Source of the DNA: Terriglobia bacterium | GTDB taxonomy: Bacteria; Acidobacteriota; Terriglobia; 20CM-2-55-15 | DNA length: 64,000 nt | NCBI GenBank assembly: GCA_965198225.1 | Contig: CBDAOY010000008.1 | Span: forward strand, 576,001 to 640,000 | Direction: 5' to 3' | Shown here: piece after piece, positions 39,701-51,200 of the stretch | Layout: each line of letters begins with the position of its first letter | Numbering within the stretch: the first letter of the stretch is position 1 | The notes under the pieces: model-generated | Seen by the model: only the letters and a program-made list of their open reading frames with translations | The model's database searches: none | What the model was told of the DNA's origin: nothing | Position numbers and translations under genes: made by a program

Positions 39701-41736
39701 GCCAGTCCCGACCCGGCAAGTGTCTCGACCCTCCCGGCCGTCCCCTGTTCGATCTGACGAATCGCATGGTTGGCAGAATCGCTGACGTAGAGGCTTCCGT
39801 CGGCCTGATTGATGGCAAGGAAGCTCGGCGTGTTGAATTGCGAACTCAAACGCGCAGCGTTCTTCAGACCGGAGGACTGAGGTGTCCCGGCGTAGAGCAC
39901 AGGCGTTTGACCCAAAGCCTCAGCCAACCGGATCGTGTGCTCGGCGGAGGAAGCCAGGTATAGTCGCTGGCCCAGGTCCTGGGCCAGGCCGGATACATCA
40001 AACCCCGAGACGCCCGCAGACACTTCGATGACTGTAATCGTCGCCGTGGAGACTAGCCCGCCGCCCGTAATCGTCAACGTAGAGAAGCCCCGTTGCTTGC
40101 CTTCGATCCGGCCGGTGGAATCGACCGTAGCGGTTGTCGTGTCCACGCTCGCGAAGGTGAGGGCAAAGTCGTCCCGGGATTGTCCGGCGCTGTCGAGCAC
40201 GAGAGTACGCGCACGCAAAGTGCCGCCTTTGCTGACGGTCACCTCGGTGGTCGGCTGGTTCGTCACCGGATCCCGCAGCGACAGGCTCGAAAGCGTTGCC
40301 GTGTGGCCGGGGAACAGACGGAGCCCCTGACCCGCCGCGAAGGAGGAGCTGAACTGGTTGGAGGTCACTCCTGCAATGGGGACGTTCATCGCCGTCCCGT
40401 CGGAGTTGGAGAACACCATTCCGACGTTCGACCCCGTCCCCCCGTTGACGAACACCAGCCGGGTCGAAAAGCCCGAACCGATTACGACCTGGGGGAAGAC
40501 CACCGTGGCTGCCGTCAGCGGTCGGGTCAGGTCCGCCACCGGCAAGGTCGTCAACACCACCTCGCTTAGAGTGTTGACCGTCAGCTGCAGGGTGACGGCG
40601 GCGACCGCCACCGAGCTCTGAATCTCCACCAGCCCGCTGAATCCCGACGAGACGGCAGGGAAGAGCTCCTGAGCCATCCGCGCCAGGTGCCCTCCCGCCG
40701 GTATCGTCTGCGTGACCGTTTCCTGCTGGGTCGCGAAACGGTCCTGGAGGATGAACTGGACTTCGGCCGCCGAGCTGCTCCGGTTGGCGATCGCCACCCC
40801 TGTCTGGCGGCCGACGTTGTCGAGGGAGATCCGGGCCTTCGTGGTTTCCGGCGTGGCGCCGACTCCCGCTTCGGTCACCAGCGTCGTCCCACTCCAGAGT
40901 TGAAAGATCACGCTCCCGGCCGGTGTCGAGCCGGTCTCGGGGGTGACGGTAGCGTATCCCACCTGGACGGCACCTGTTCCAGTCAGCTCGGCCCGGTACA
41001 CCCCGTCCGCCGCGATCTGATAATCCCTCTCCGATGCAGCGACGCCGTCCCAGTTGACCTGGAGCGGGGATCCATTCGATCCCACCAGCCGGATTCGACC
41101 TGTAACCGACGACGCGCTTCGGTTGATCAGGACCACCTGGGTTCGGTATCCCCCTCCCACGGCCAGATGGGGGAACACCACAGGATCGCTTCCACCGGCC
41201 GCGTCCAGGTCGACGACCGGCAGGGTCGTGTAGAGCGGTTCGCTCCGGGAGTTGCGAGACTCCCGCAGCGTGATCGCTCCCAAACCGGAGGCACTCTCGA
41301 ACGTGACGTTTCCCCGAAAGTCGGCCGCCTGCGCCCCGAACAGCTCATCGACAAAGCTGGCGCTGTGCTGGCCCGGGTTCAGCATCAGGATCTTCTGACC
41401 GACCTGACTGCCGGCGCCGTCGCGTAGAGTGAGGGTCACCGGAACACTGGCCGTGCCGGTATTGACCAGGGCCAGGCCGGTCCGGGTGCCGACCTCATCG
41501 GCGAAGACACGCCCCCTGGAAACCAGTTCGGCGGCTCCGACACCGGCTTCGGTCACCAGGACCCCGTTCCCGTTCCGGTAGCTGAACACGGCCGTCCCGA
41601 CCGGCATCTCGGTGCCTGAAGTCCGCGTGACCACGGTGTAGCCCACCTGAGTTGTCCCCTGCGCGTAGCTCCACCACACCGCTCCCGTCAGGGCTAGTAC
41701 GGGAAGAAACCAGAGGCGTATCGACTGTCGCTTCAT
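36738..41736 (-). CDS. Giant secreted NHL-repeat protein, paralog of 31475-36529, frameshifted near 38256
   Basis: Same domain order and similar sequence. ORFs 38221-41736 and 36738-38198 join if about 5 nt are restored in the expected IT(TV)AGTG repeat. Confidence 0.88.
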
Positions 41737-43583
41737 CGGACCGGCTCCAAGTTCCTCAGAACCTCGTATATCTCAATGGGGTGTGTCTTACCTTTGACGG
41801 GCTCTCTCCCGCGATGCGTCGTTTGGATTGTCTCGCCGGCCGCCTCGACGGTTTCCCTGCTGATCAGGATTTCGGCGTCCAGTCTGCGCGTCAGGCTTTC
41901 GATACGGGAAGCCGTGTTGACCACGTCACCGATCGCTGTGTAGTCCATCTTCTCGGGCGATCCCATGTTGCCGACGATTGCCTCGCCCGTGTGGATTCCT
42001 ACTCCGATTCGAATCGGTTCCGCTCCATGTTCGGCGAGCTTCTCGTTGACCTGATCCAGCGTCGCTACCATCTCCAGCGCCGCCTGTACTGAATGCAGCG
42101 GGGCGTCGGGATCATCCAACGGCGCTCCGAACAAAGCCATGATCCCGTCGCCGATGAACTTGTCGACCATCCCGCCCCGATCCTGAATCGCCCTAACCAT
42201 TCCGGTGAAATACTCGTTGAGCTGCTGAACCAGCGCCTCGGCCTCCAGGCCCTCCGAGCGTGAGGTGAAGCTCCGGATGTCGGCAAAGAGAACGCTGATC
42301 CGCTTCCGTTCTCCTTCCAGATGCAATCCTTCCGGGGATCTCAGTATCTGTTCGATCACGGCATCGTTGACATACCGCTTGAACACGCTCCTCAGATACC
42401 GTTTCTGCCGGCCTTCGCGCATGTAGTTCGACACCTGGGCCGACCCCATGGCCAGTGCGGAGCCCACGACCGGCGCGACGAGGTGCAGCCAGTACCCGTC
42501 AGGGAAAAGCAAAGAGAACGCGGCGAAAACGAATCCCGCCACCACCAGCACGCTCGCCGATATGGCCCAGAGGGGAGAAAACCGGAAACAGAGAAACGTG
42601 ACCAACGAAACTAACGCCAGGGCCGCCTGAAACTGACGCGCAGGGCCGATCTCCTCGATGAAGCTGTCCTCCAGCAGCGTTGCGATCGTGCTGCCGTGAA
42701 TTTCGATGCCGGGTGTGCGCCACGGGCGGGTGGGGTCGGTCCGATCCGTCCAGTAGTACTGTGGCGTCGAATGAAAATCCTCGTCACCCCGTTCGCCGAC
42801 ACGCCCGATCAGGACGATGCGTCCGCCGAAGTTCTCTTCGAAGAATCCCAGGTCGTCTCTGTTCGCCGCCTCCACCGCCGCCGAGAACGGTATGCGGTCG
42901 AAATGGTTGGGACCCCGGAAGTTGACCAGGATCGTCCCGGGGGATTCGGCCTCGGCCGGTAAGGCCCGGTCGGTCTTTCCGGCGAATGCGCTGGCGATCG
43001 CCAGGGGGAAGCTGGGCTGGAGGCCGTTCTCGGAGGCTCCTGCGACTTCCTGGCTCCGGACGAAGTCGTCGCTGTCGGTCGTCAGGTTGACGTAGGCGAG
43101 GGAGTGGCCCACAGCCAGGGCCGCGAAGCGCACCGCCTCGGGCGGTTGTTCCGTGCCATACCCGGTGATCCGGTAGGCGAGGACCACCGGCAACCCCCCT
43201 GGCCCGGCGCGCAGCAGGGCCTGGCTGAGCAACTGCTGGCCGACCGGGTCGAAGCGGCTGATGTCGGAGAAGATGAAATCGATTCCGACCACCGCGGCGC
43301 CGCCCTGGGCCAGCTTCTCGATGACGACGGCAAAATGCCGATGCCAGAGCATGAGCGGGTCCGGGATGGCCGCCAGCGTCTCCTCGTCGATCGCCAGGAC
43401 TGTGGTGGGGGCTTCGGGCGACGGCGGCAGCGATCCGCGGAACGCGAAGCGGAGGTCGTAGGTGCGCTTTTCGACAAAATCGCCGATGGAAGACGACTGG
43501 ATCAGGACGCCCACCGTTGTGGCTCCGAGACTGATGGCCATCCAGAGGAGGACGCTGGTGACGCGTGTCTTGTTGGGCGACAT
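41733..43583 (-). CDS. CHASE2-domain class III adenylate cyclase
   Basis: CHASE2 (AIDEETL, VGIDFIF, DSDDFVR, PGIEIH), 3 TM segments, FADIRSFT, DKFIGD, GIHTG, YTAIGDVVNTASRIE (K and T indicate ATP specificity). Confidence 0.95.
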   Translation of the reverse strand: MSPNKTRVTSVLLWMAISLGATTVGVLIQSSSIGDFVEKRTYDLRFAFRGSLPPSPEAPTTVLAIDEETLAAIPDPLMLWHRHFAVVIEKLAQGGAAVVGIDFIFSDISRFDPVGQQLLSQALLRAGPGGLPVVLAYRITGYGTEQPPEAVRFAALAVGHSLAYVNLTTDSDDFVRSQEVAGASENGLQPSFPLAIASAFAGKTDRALPAEAESPGTILVNFRGPNHFDRIPFSAAVEAANRDDLGFFEENFGGRIVLIGRVGERGDEDFHSTPQYYWTDRTDPTRPWRTPGIEIHGSTIATLLEDSFIEEIGPARQFQAALALVSLVTFLCFRFSPLWAISASVLVVAGFVFAAFSLLFPDGYWLHLVAPVVGSALAMGSAQVSNYMREGRQKRYLRSVFKRYVNDAVIEQILRSPEGLHLEGERKRISVLFADIRSFTSRSEGLEAEALVQQLNEYFTGMVRAIQDRGGMVDKFIGDGIMALFGAPLDDPDAPLHSVQAALEMVATLDQVNEKLAEHGAEPIRIGVGIHTGEAIVGNMGSPEKMDYTAIGDVVNTASRIESLTRRLDAEILISRETVEAAGETIQTTHRGREPVKGKTHPIEIYEVLRNLEPVR

Positions 43584-43605
43584 GGGCTCTTTCGCCGATC
43601 GGGCG

Positions 43606-44499
43606 TTACTGGAGGCGGTCCAGTTCCACGTTGGCTGCGGCGATCAAGCCGGAGTTCCAGTAGAGCCAGGCCAGCCGCTGTCCGATTCGCGAGTCCGATC
43701 CCTCACCGCGGATCTCCGAGTAGAGAGCGGCGGCTTCGGCGTAGTAGCCGGCGTTCTCGAACACCGCAGCGCGAACCAGCGCACTGCCCTGATCGTCTCC
43801 GACAGGGGAGGGAAGGGACGGGTCGAGCGTGACGGTGAAGTTGGCCGCCTGCTGAGCAGCGACCTCTCCCCCTCGCTCGGCGACGACCTCCCACCGGTAG
43901 CTCTTCTCCTCCAGAGCGGGTCTGGATTCGGGGTAGCGCAGCGATGTCGACGAGACAGACTCTTCCCAGACCGGTAGACCGTCCTCGCTCGTCAGCGTCA
44001 GTCGGTAGGAGTCGGCGCCCTCGATCTCGCCCCACGCAAACAGGGGTCGCGGCTGGCTGATCTGTCCGCCCAGGTAGAGCGGGATTGCCGGGTATCCGCG
44101 ACCCCGGAGCCCCCCGACCCGCTCCATGCTCTCAGCGCCCAACGCCACCTGGGGAAGAACACAGATCGTGGGGCTCATACCGGGTTCGGGTCCGGTCACC
44201 CGCGTAACTTCGGTGCTGGTCAGTTCAACGACGCTTCCGTTCGAAAGACCGACCCTTCGCTCGGTGGGACAGAACACGAACGCGGCCTCTCCCGCGGCGG
44301 CTGTCACCCGGTCGCCTGCATAGAGCAGGTCCGCCAGCTGGGCGGGGCTCCTGGATCCGTCGCGCTCGATCTCGACCGTTCCGAGGGTTTCGAGCATCAT
44401 TCCCACAGCCGGTCCGCTCTGGGCGACGGCCGAGGGCGCGAGCAGACCAAGACCGAAAAGGAGAAGGAGCCCGGAGCGAATAGCAATCATTGTTTTCAT
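43606..44499 (-). CDS. Exported FecR-like / DUF928-like protein with C-terminal TPR-like helix
   Basis: Signal peptide, GTVEIER...LYAGDRV FecR-like start, VGGLRG, PLFAW...LRYP..RPALE..SYRW Ig-like part. Confidence 0.7.
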   Translation of the reverse strand: MKTMIAIRSGLLLLFGLGLLAPSAVAQSGPAVGMMLETLGTVEIERDGSRSPAQLADLLYAGDRVTAAAGEAAFVFCPTERRVGLSNGSVVELTSTEVTRVTGPEPGMSPTICVLPQVALGAESMERVGGLRGRGYPAIPLYLGGQISQPRPLFAWGEIEGADSYRLTLTSEDGLPVWEESVSSTSLRYPESRPALEEKSYRWEVVAERGGEVAAQQAANFTVTLDPSLPSPVGDDQGSALVRAAVFENAGYYAEAAALYSEIRGEGSDSRIGQRLAWLYWNSGLIAAANVELDRLQ

Positions 44500-44510
44500 T
44501 TTCGATTGGC

Positions 44511-47500
44511 TCAGAAGCCGAGCTTCAGAGCAAACCGGATCGAACGGGCGTCGACCTGGGTGTCGAAAGCACGTCCGAAGCCGGGGGATTCGAGAATTCG
44601 GACAGGAATACCGAAGTGTGTCCGATTCAGCAGGTTGAAGGCTTCCACACGAAAATCGATGCTCGCCGTCTCGCGGACCGGAAAACTGCGGGAAATAGCG
44701 GCGTCGATCGTACCTATCCCTTGGGTCCTGAAACTGTTCCTGCCGACGCGCCCATTCTGTCCGAGTGGAGCCGTCAGATTCAACAGCGAAACACCCGGGT
44801 TGAGGGCGATAGCCTGGAGCCCGGACGGGTTTACGGTGATGCCCTCCGTCGAGTCCAGACGATCCGTCAGGTTTCCGTCGCGATTGCGATCCAACGACGT
44901 GTTCACCGTGTAGGGCTGGCCTCCCTGGAACTCGGCCACAACGGCAAACGTCCAGTCCCTCAATGCCCGGTGCGTGCCAGGCAGGTCCCACAGCAGGAAC
45001 CCGGAGACGCGGTGGCGCGCATCAAAGCTTGCCGATGCACGTTCGGCGGCCATGTTGTTGTCCTGCGGCAGCGAAAAGAAACCGCGCCCGTCGAACTGAT
45101 CCGACACCTCATCGATCGCGTGGGCCCAGGTCCAGTTGGAACGAAACTGGATTCCCCGGCTCAGGCGCCGTTCCACCGACAGCTGGAGCGAGTGGTATTC
45201 CGAAGTTGCCGAATCCTCCAGCAGCGTGAAAGCTCCCAAACCCCGCGTGGACCGTCCCTCCAGAGCGCCCGTCACCGTCGGCGGCAGGTCGAGAAGAAGA
45301 AGCGGGCGCAACGGAGAGGAAAACAGGACCGGCCCGGCGATCAGGCCCGCGTTAGGTGTCGTGAATCGCGACAGGCGAACGCCACGAGTGCCGACATAGC
45401 TCAGCGACACGAGCAGGTGCTGGTTGAACTGTCGTTCGGCGGACAGGACGAAATGTTGCGCGTAGCTGCCCTTGAAATCCGCGTTCGGCAGCGTGAAGGC
45501 CAGCCCGTTGCTGCTGAGGTTGGCTCCCGGAAGCGGCGGTGCCTGGATGAATAACGTCCCCAGGCCGGTTGCGAATGCGTCACCGCTCAGGTTGTAGGTG
45601 TTGAGGGTTCCGGGCCGGATCAACGGCTCGCCTGTCGGCACGAACGAAAAGAATGTCGGGCTGTTCAGGATCTGACCGGTCGGGGGCCGGAAGTTGAGGT
45701 CCAGGTTGAGCGGCGCGAAAGTCGGAAAGACATTGCGTGATTGGCTCGTGAATGCCCCGAGGTTGGCATCGAACTGCAGGCTGTAGCCGGCGCGCACGGC
45801 CATCCTGCCGTCACCGTTGGGATCCCACGCCATGCCGATCCGGGGCCCGAAGTTGTTCCGGTCGGAACCGTAGATGCGTTCGCGGTTCCCGACGAACCCG
45901 TTCAGGGACTCCAACGCGCGGTCGAATGCCCGGTTGCCGGCGCGGATGATCGCTCGGTCCCTGGCGCTCCCGGACGGTTCCAGGTGGGGGAACTGGTCGG
46001 CCTGCAGGCCGAAAGTGTCCTCGATCCTCTGGTTGACCTCACGCGGTACGGTCTGGAGTTCGTAGCGGAGCCCCAGGTTCAATGTCAGGTTGGGTCGGAT
46101 CTTCAAGTCCGACTGCGCAAAGAAGTCAAACTGCATCAGACGTAGACCGATCGTGGTGTCGGCGACCGGCTGCGTGCTGATGGTCTGAAGGAAACCAGCC
46201 GGTGCGCCCAGCGCGGCCAGGTCTGTTCCGCGGAGCCGTCCGTCCGGAGTCGCGAAAGGGCACAGCGGGTTGTTCCGACAGCCGGCTGAAACCGCACCCG
46301 CACCGAACAACACAAGCGGCCGGCTGTTGCGGTCGGCAAAACTGTTCAGTTGCGACCGGCGGATGTCGAAACCGACTTTGGTCGTGTGCCACGCTCGGGT
46401 CCACGTCACGAAATCGCTGATTTGGAAAGTGTTGTGAACTCTTCCCTGGGGGAAGTTGAAGACGTCGATTCCGATCGTGCTGTAGGGAAGGATGGTGAGC
46501 TGCCCGATCGGACCGGTCGCCCCGAAGGGACCGAATCGTCCGTACGGCGTGTCGATCAGGCGCGCGAATTCGTCCGGAAGCGCATCCGACTGTGTCGATC
46601 CGAACAGAAGCGGGCTGCCCTTTTCTGGTGGGAAAGCCAGTCGGGTCCGGCCGTAGGAGAAGCGAAAGACATTGCCCAACTCCGGTGTGGTCGAGTTGAC
46701 GAACAAAGAAACATTCTGCGTTCGGGTGTCGGTGGCCAGTGTCGATTGGATTGCCTCACCGGTGAAAGGAATCACGGAATCATCGTCGGTGTAATTGTAG
46801 CGCGCTGTCACCGTGTGACCGTTGGAAGGGTACCAGTCGAGGCGGGCCGAAAACACGGAGCCCGTGCCTTCGAACGGCCCCGCCTGGGAATAATTGTTTG
46901 CGCCGAACGGTCCGGCCGGGTTGTTGGGCAGCGGATAGAGCGAAAATATCCCGCCCCCGGCAGCGTCCGAGTAGGGAATGCCCCGGTCGGCAAAGAAGGC
47001 GCCGAGTTCTTCGATGGGGACGAAGCCGTCACGGACGCGCAGGCCCCGTTCGGCCGCGCTCGGAACGACGAAATGCCGCATGGCCGTGCCGCGATGGCGT
47101 TGGCGCTCGGCCGAAACGAAGTAGAAAAGCCGCTCACCGACGATCGGCCCGCCCAGGGTGCCGCCGATCAGCTGGCTGCTGGAGTCCTCGCCCGTGTAGC
47201 GGCCGCCGTCGAGCCCCGGCCGATTCACCGTGTCTTCAAAGGGGTGCTCGAAGAAGTTGCGGGCGTTCCAAACGTCATCGGTGAAGAACCCGTACAGGCC
47301 GCCGTGAACAGTCGCCTGCCCCGAGCGCGACACGGCGTTAACCATGGATCCGGAACTGCGGCCGAACTCGGCCGGGAAGCCCGCAGTGACGATCTGGAAG
47401 TCCTGAACGCTTTCGATGCTCTGAGGAACCAGTGCGACGAAGCCCTGTCTGCGGACCCCGATGTCTTCATCGTTGTTGTCGGAGCCGTCGACCGTGAAAT

Positions 47501-48242
47501 TGTTGCTCCGGCTCCGGATGCCGTTGACAGAGAACTGGCCGGTCGCACCGACTCCGATTCCGACCGCCGGCCCGCTGCCCGAGCTGAAGGGCACCCTGAA
47601 GACGCCCGGGGAGAGGAAAGAGAGCTGATCGAATGTTCGTCCTCCCCGGAGCGGCAAACTTTGGACTTGGACGCTGTCGAAGTTTGAACGAAGCGTCCAG
47701 TCGAGCGTCGATGCGAGTGAGGTAAAACCGGGTTCGTTGAGGAAAGCCAGTATCGACGGCTCGGGTCCCGTGGCGGTCAGATCGACCAGGGCAATGCGAG
47801 CCTGCTCTCCCTGGACGGTGATCTGCTGCGTCGGCGTCGACACGAGCGCTCGGAGGTCGAACGGAGGAATGACGACTTTGGGTTGATTGAGCCGGATCAG
47901 GACACCGGTCCGTTCGCTCGAGTAGTACCCTTCTTTTTCGGCGGTGACGGTGTAGTTGCCAGGCTCGAGCTGTATGAAGACATAGTTGCCGTCCGCCCTT
48001 GTCGGTACGTGCTTCGTCCAGCCCCGAGCGACATTGACCAGTGTCATGGTCGCATCTGCGATGGGGTTGCCGCTGACGATGTCTCGCACCGTACCCCGGG
48101 CTTCGCCGTTCAGCGTATCGGCCTGAACGGCGAACGGGCTCGCGAACAGAAAGATGACCAGGACGAGTTGTGCCGATCGCCGCACGAAGAGAAACGGCGG
48201 GCTGGGGCGGTAGCCACCGAGAGGGGTGGGTGCGCTCGTCAC
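44511..48242 (-). CDS. TonB-dependent receptor-like (Oar/CarboxypepD_reg type) outer-membrane protein
   Basis: LPLRGGRTF, NGIRSRSNNFTVDG, AEFGRSSG, NNFGPRIG, EAFNLLN, C-terminal LKLGF. GTGA overlap with the caspase gene. Confidence 0.92.
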   Translation of the reverse strand: MTSAPTPLGGYRPSPPFLFVRRSAQLVLVIFLFASPFAVQADTLNGEARGTVRDIVSGNPIADATMTLVNVARGWTKHVPTRADGNYVFIQLEPGNYTVTAEKEGYYSSERTGVLIRLNQPKVVIPPFDLRALVSTPTQQITVQGEQARIALVDLTATGPEPSILAFLNEPGFTSLASTLDWTLRSNFDSVQVQSLPLRGGRTFDQLSFLSPGVFRVPFSSGSGPAVGIGVGATGQFSVNGIRSRSNNFTVDGSDNNDEDIGVRRQGFVALVPQSIESVQDFQIVTAGFPAEFGRSSGSMVNAVSRSGQATVHGGLYGFFTDDVWNARNFFEHPFEDTVNRPGLDGGRYTGEDSSSQLIGGTLGGPIVGERLFYFVSAERQRHRGTAMRHFVVPSAAERGLRVRDGFVPIEELGAFFADRGIPYSDAAGGGIFSLYPLPNNPAGPFGANNYSQAGPFEGTGSVFSARLDWYPSNGHTVTARYNYTDDDSVIPFTGEAIQSTLATDTRTQNVSLFVNSTTPELGNVFRFSYGRTRLAFPPEKGSPLLFGSTQSDALPDEFARLIDTPYGRFGPFGATGPIGQLTILPYSTIGIDVFNFPQGRVHNTFQISDFVTWTRAWHTTKVGFDIRRSQLNSFADRNSRPLVLFGAGAVSAGCRNNPLCPFATPDGRLRGTDLAALGAPAGFLQTISTQPVADTTIGLRLMQFDFFAQSDLKIRPNLTLNLGLRYELQTVPREVNQRIEDTFGLQADQFPHLEPSGSARDRAIIRAGNRAFDRALESLNGFVGNRERIYGSDRNNFGPRIGMAWDPNGDGRMAVRAGYSLQFDANLGAFTSQSRNVFPTFAPLNLDLNFRPPTGQILNSPTFFSFVPTGEPLIRPGTLNTYNLSGDAFATGLGTLFIQAPPLPGANLSSNGLAFTLPNADFKGSYAQHFVLSAERQFNQHLLVSLSYVGTRGVRLSRFTTPNAGLIAGPVLFSSPLRPLLLLDLPPTVTGALEGRSTRGLGAFTLLEDSATSEYHSLQLSVERRLSRGIQFRSNWTWAHAIDEVSDQFDGRGFFSLPQDNNMAAERASASFDARHRVSGFLLWDLPGTHRALRDWTFAVVAEFQGGQPYTVNTSLDRNRDGNLTDRLDSTEGITVNPSGLQAIALNPGVSLLNLTAPLGQNGRVGRNSFRTQGIGTIDAAISRSFPVRETASIDFRVEAFNLLNRTHFGIPVRILESPGFGRAFDTQVDARSIRFALKLGF

Positions 48243-51200
48243 CGAGCGCCCTGCCTCATACGCCGAATCGCGTCGCGGATTCCTTCGTCGTCCGGAAACA
48301 GCTCGAGCCCCCGTTCCAGAGTTTGGATGCCGGCACCACAGTCTCCGGCTTCGCACTGAATCTCGGCGAGCAGCACGTAAGCCGCCGGCAGTTGTTGCCG
48401 CTCGCGAACGCGGTCCTGGCCGGCGACAACGTCATCGAGAAAACCGATCGCATCCCCCAGACGGTCCTCGACCCGGAGCGTTCGAGCCACGAGCATTCGT
48501 ATCCCGACGTCGGGTCCCGTCTCCTCCAGGGCTTCCAGGTAGACTCCGACTCCATCGGCATCGCTCACCGCCCTCGCTGCGGCGTAGACTTCGTGAGCGC
48601 GCCGATCCGGATGGTAGGCGATCTCGAAGTCCGCGAACTGGCTCGGATCGAGAGCGTCTTCGGGGAACATCAGGCTGTCGATTGTCAACGGAGAGAAATC
48701 AGGGACGATGCCGAATACGTTCCGATCGAGGGCGCGCTCCATCAATTCCAGGGCTCGAGCGTACTCCCGCTGCTCGATCAACCGCAGGGCCCAGCGGTAC
48801 ACGGTTTGATGGATGCCGTGGGCGTCGTTGCCGAAGTTGAATGCGGTACTCGTCACGAGTCTCAGTTCGGCCGGGCTGATGTCGTCGAAGGCATCGAGGA
48901 AGCTCTCGAGACCCCCGCTGTCGGAACGCCATGCTTCTTCGGCCTGTCGTTGCAGGGTCCAGAATCGCGTCCGAACCACGTCGGAAAGGCTCGAGGCCGG
49001 CAGGGAAGCGACATTCGCCTCCTCGGAGTAGTCGTCCTGGAACTGGAGTATGGCGTTGCGGAGGGCGATGTCCTCGGGGGCCGTTTCCGCAGCTCCCAAG
49101 TATATCGACCAGGCCTCGTCGTAACGGCGTCCGCTGATCTCGTCGGCCGCCTGGCTCAAACTCACGTCCACGATGGCCCCGCGAGTCTGAGTGATCAATT
49201 CCTGCAACTCCGGCTGCTGATCCAGTTCGATCGTCAGGTCCAGAGCCGCTTCGAAGGATGCGAGCGCCTCTCGATAGTTTTCCTGCGCGAACCGTATCTG
49301 GCCGCGGAGCCTTTGGGGCGCCGCGTACCGCGGGTCGGCTTCGATGGCGAGCTCCAGCTCTCGTTCCGCATCGTCCAGCCTTTGAAGGACCAGGTGGAGG
49401 CTGGCCAGATTGTGATGCGCGAAAGCATTCGACGAATCCAATTCGATGGCCCGCCGGTATTCATCCTCCGCGTCATCGATCCGGCTTTGCCGACGCAGGA
49501 AGCTGCCGTAGAGGACATGCAGGTTTGCGTCTTCCGGGGCCAGCGTGATGGCCTGTCGGAACAATGCGTCGGCATCGTCGTCTCGACCCTCCGAAACAAG
49601 GAAGTCGCTGTAGGACTCGATGACGGGAATGCTGCTCGGGTCCGCCCCCGCCACGGCGGCGAAGACCGGCTCGGCGTCGGCTCCGCGCCCGGCCTGAACC
49701 AGTAGGTCGCCGAGGCTCGCCTGGAACGACGTTTCATCCGGTTCCAGGCGGATCGCCCGGCGAATCATTTCCTCGGCCTCGTCGAGCTGCCCCAACCGCC
49801 GCTGGAGCTGTCCGTAAGTGTGGTAGGCGTACGCGTTGCCCGGGTTGAACTCGACGGCGCTCTCCAGTTGCGCCTCGGCTTCCTCGTTGCGGCCCAGCAA
49901 CAGGTACAACTGCCCGAGCCCGTGGTAGGCGGTGCTGTCTTCGTCGTCGTTAGCGAGCGCGGCCTCGAAACCGGCCTCGGTCTCGTCGTAGCGGCGCTGC
50001 TCCAGGTAGACCAGCGAAAGGGTGTAGCGGGGGTAGTTCCACTCCGGGGTCAGCGCGATCGCCTGCTGAAGAGGTGGCATAGCCTGTTCGAACAGTCCTT
50101 GCTGCCAGTACGCCAGGCCGATCGCGTTGTGGGCATGGCTGGCCTGGTCGTCGAGATCAATCGCCTGCTGCAGCTGCTGAACCGCGCCCGCGTATTGGCC
50201 ATCCTCGATCAACGCCCGGCCGTCGAAGAAGCTCTGCTGGGATTCCAGCTCCGGGTTGGACTGGAACAGTTGGCGAACCCGGGCCGTCAGAAGGGCGCCC
50301 TCTTCGAAGATCTCCGCGTTCCAACGGATGTCGCCGCCGCGCCGGTACTTGAGGATTGTCCGCTGTGCCCGGTTCCCGAGCGCGACGACGAGACGGTTCC
50401 GCACGTCGTCGACGATATCGGCCGGCAGGCCCCCTTGCAGTTGATCGTAATAATCCGAGGCGGACTGACCCGGCGGGGCGATCAAGTCATCGGCCCAGAG
50501 CGCTTCCTCGAAGTCCCGATATACCTGGACGAGCCCTGCAGGAACGCCGGGCGGAACCGGGTTCTGCGAAGGGGAGACCGGACGGGCCACGACGTACCGA
50601 AGCTCGCCGCTGTCCAGGTCGAACACATGCGATCCCGGGAACAGCTCCAGGCGGAACCGGTACTCGCGGTCGGGCGAGGGGACGAGTCTCAGGTTGTGAA
50701 CCCCCGGCGTCAGTCCGCGTAGCTGAACGAGCCGGTCGGCCGTCTGGCTGTTGCCGAAATAATCGTCGTCCAGGTAAACATCGGTCGGGTCGTCCAGTCG
50801 AATCAGCAACACCGCCGGGGACCCCGTGGCCGGGAGGATCTGGGGAAGTGGCGGCACGACTGGGGCTAGCGACGCTGTCCGGATGCTCCCGCCCGGTTGG
50901 AAACTCCAGCCCAGCGAGTCCATCCTCAGCGTGTTGGATCCTGCCTCCAGCGTCAGAGCGACCACGCGTTCCTGATTGTCGGCGTCGTAGAAATACAGTT
51001 CCAGCTCGCCGGCCTCGAGCGGCATGATTTCGACGTCGCCTTCGGCTCCCACAATCCGTTGGACGACACGGGATTCCGTTTCGGGGTCCAGCCATTCGAC
51101 CCGCTCATAGCCACTCGCGCCGGCGCCGACGATCAACAGCCCGGTCGCATCCGTCTCAACTTCCGGGGTTGGACCCGGCAGTTCGAGGTAAGCGAGGGGC

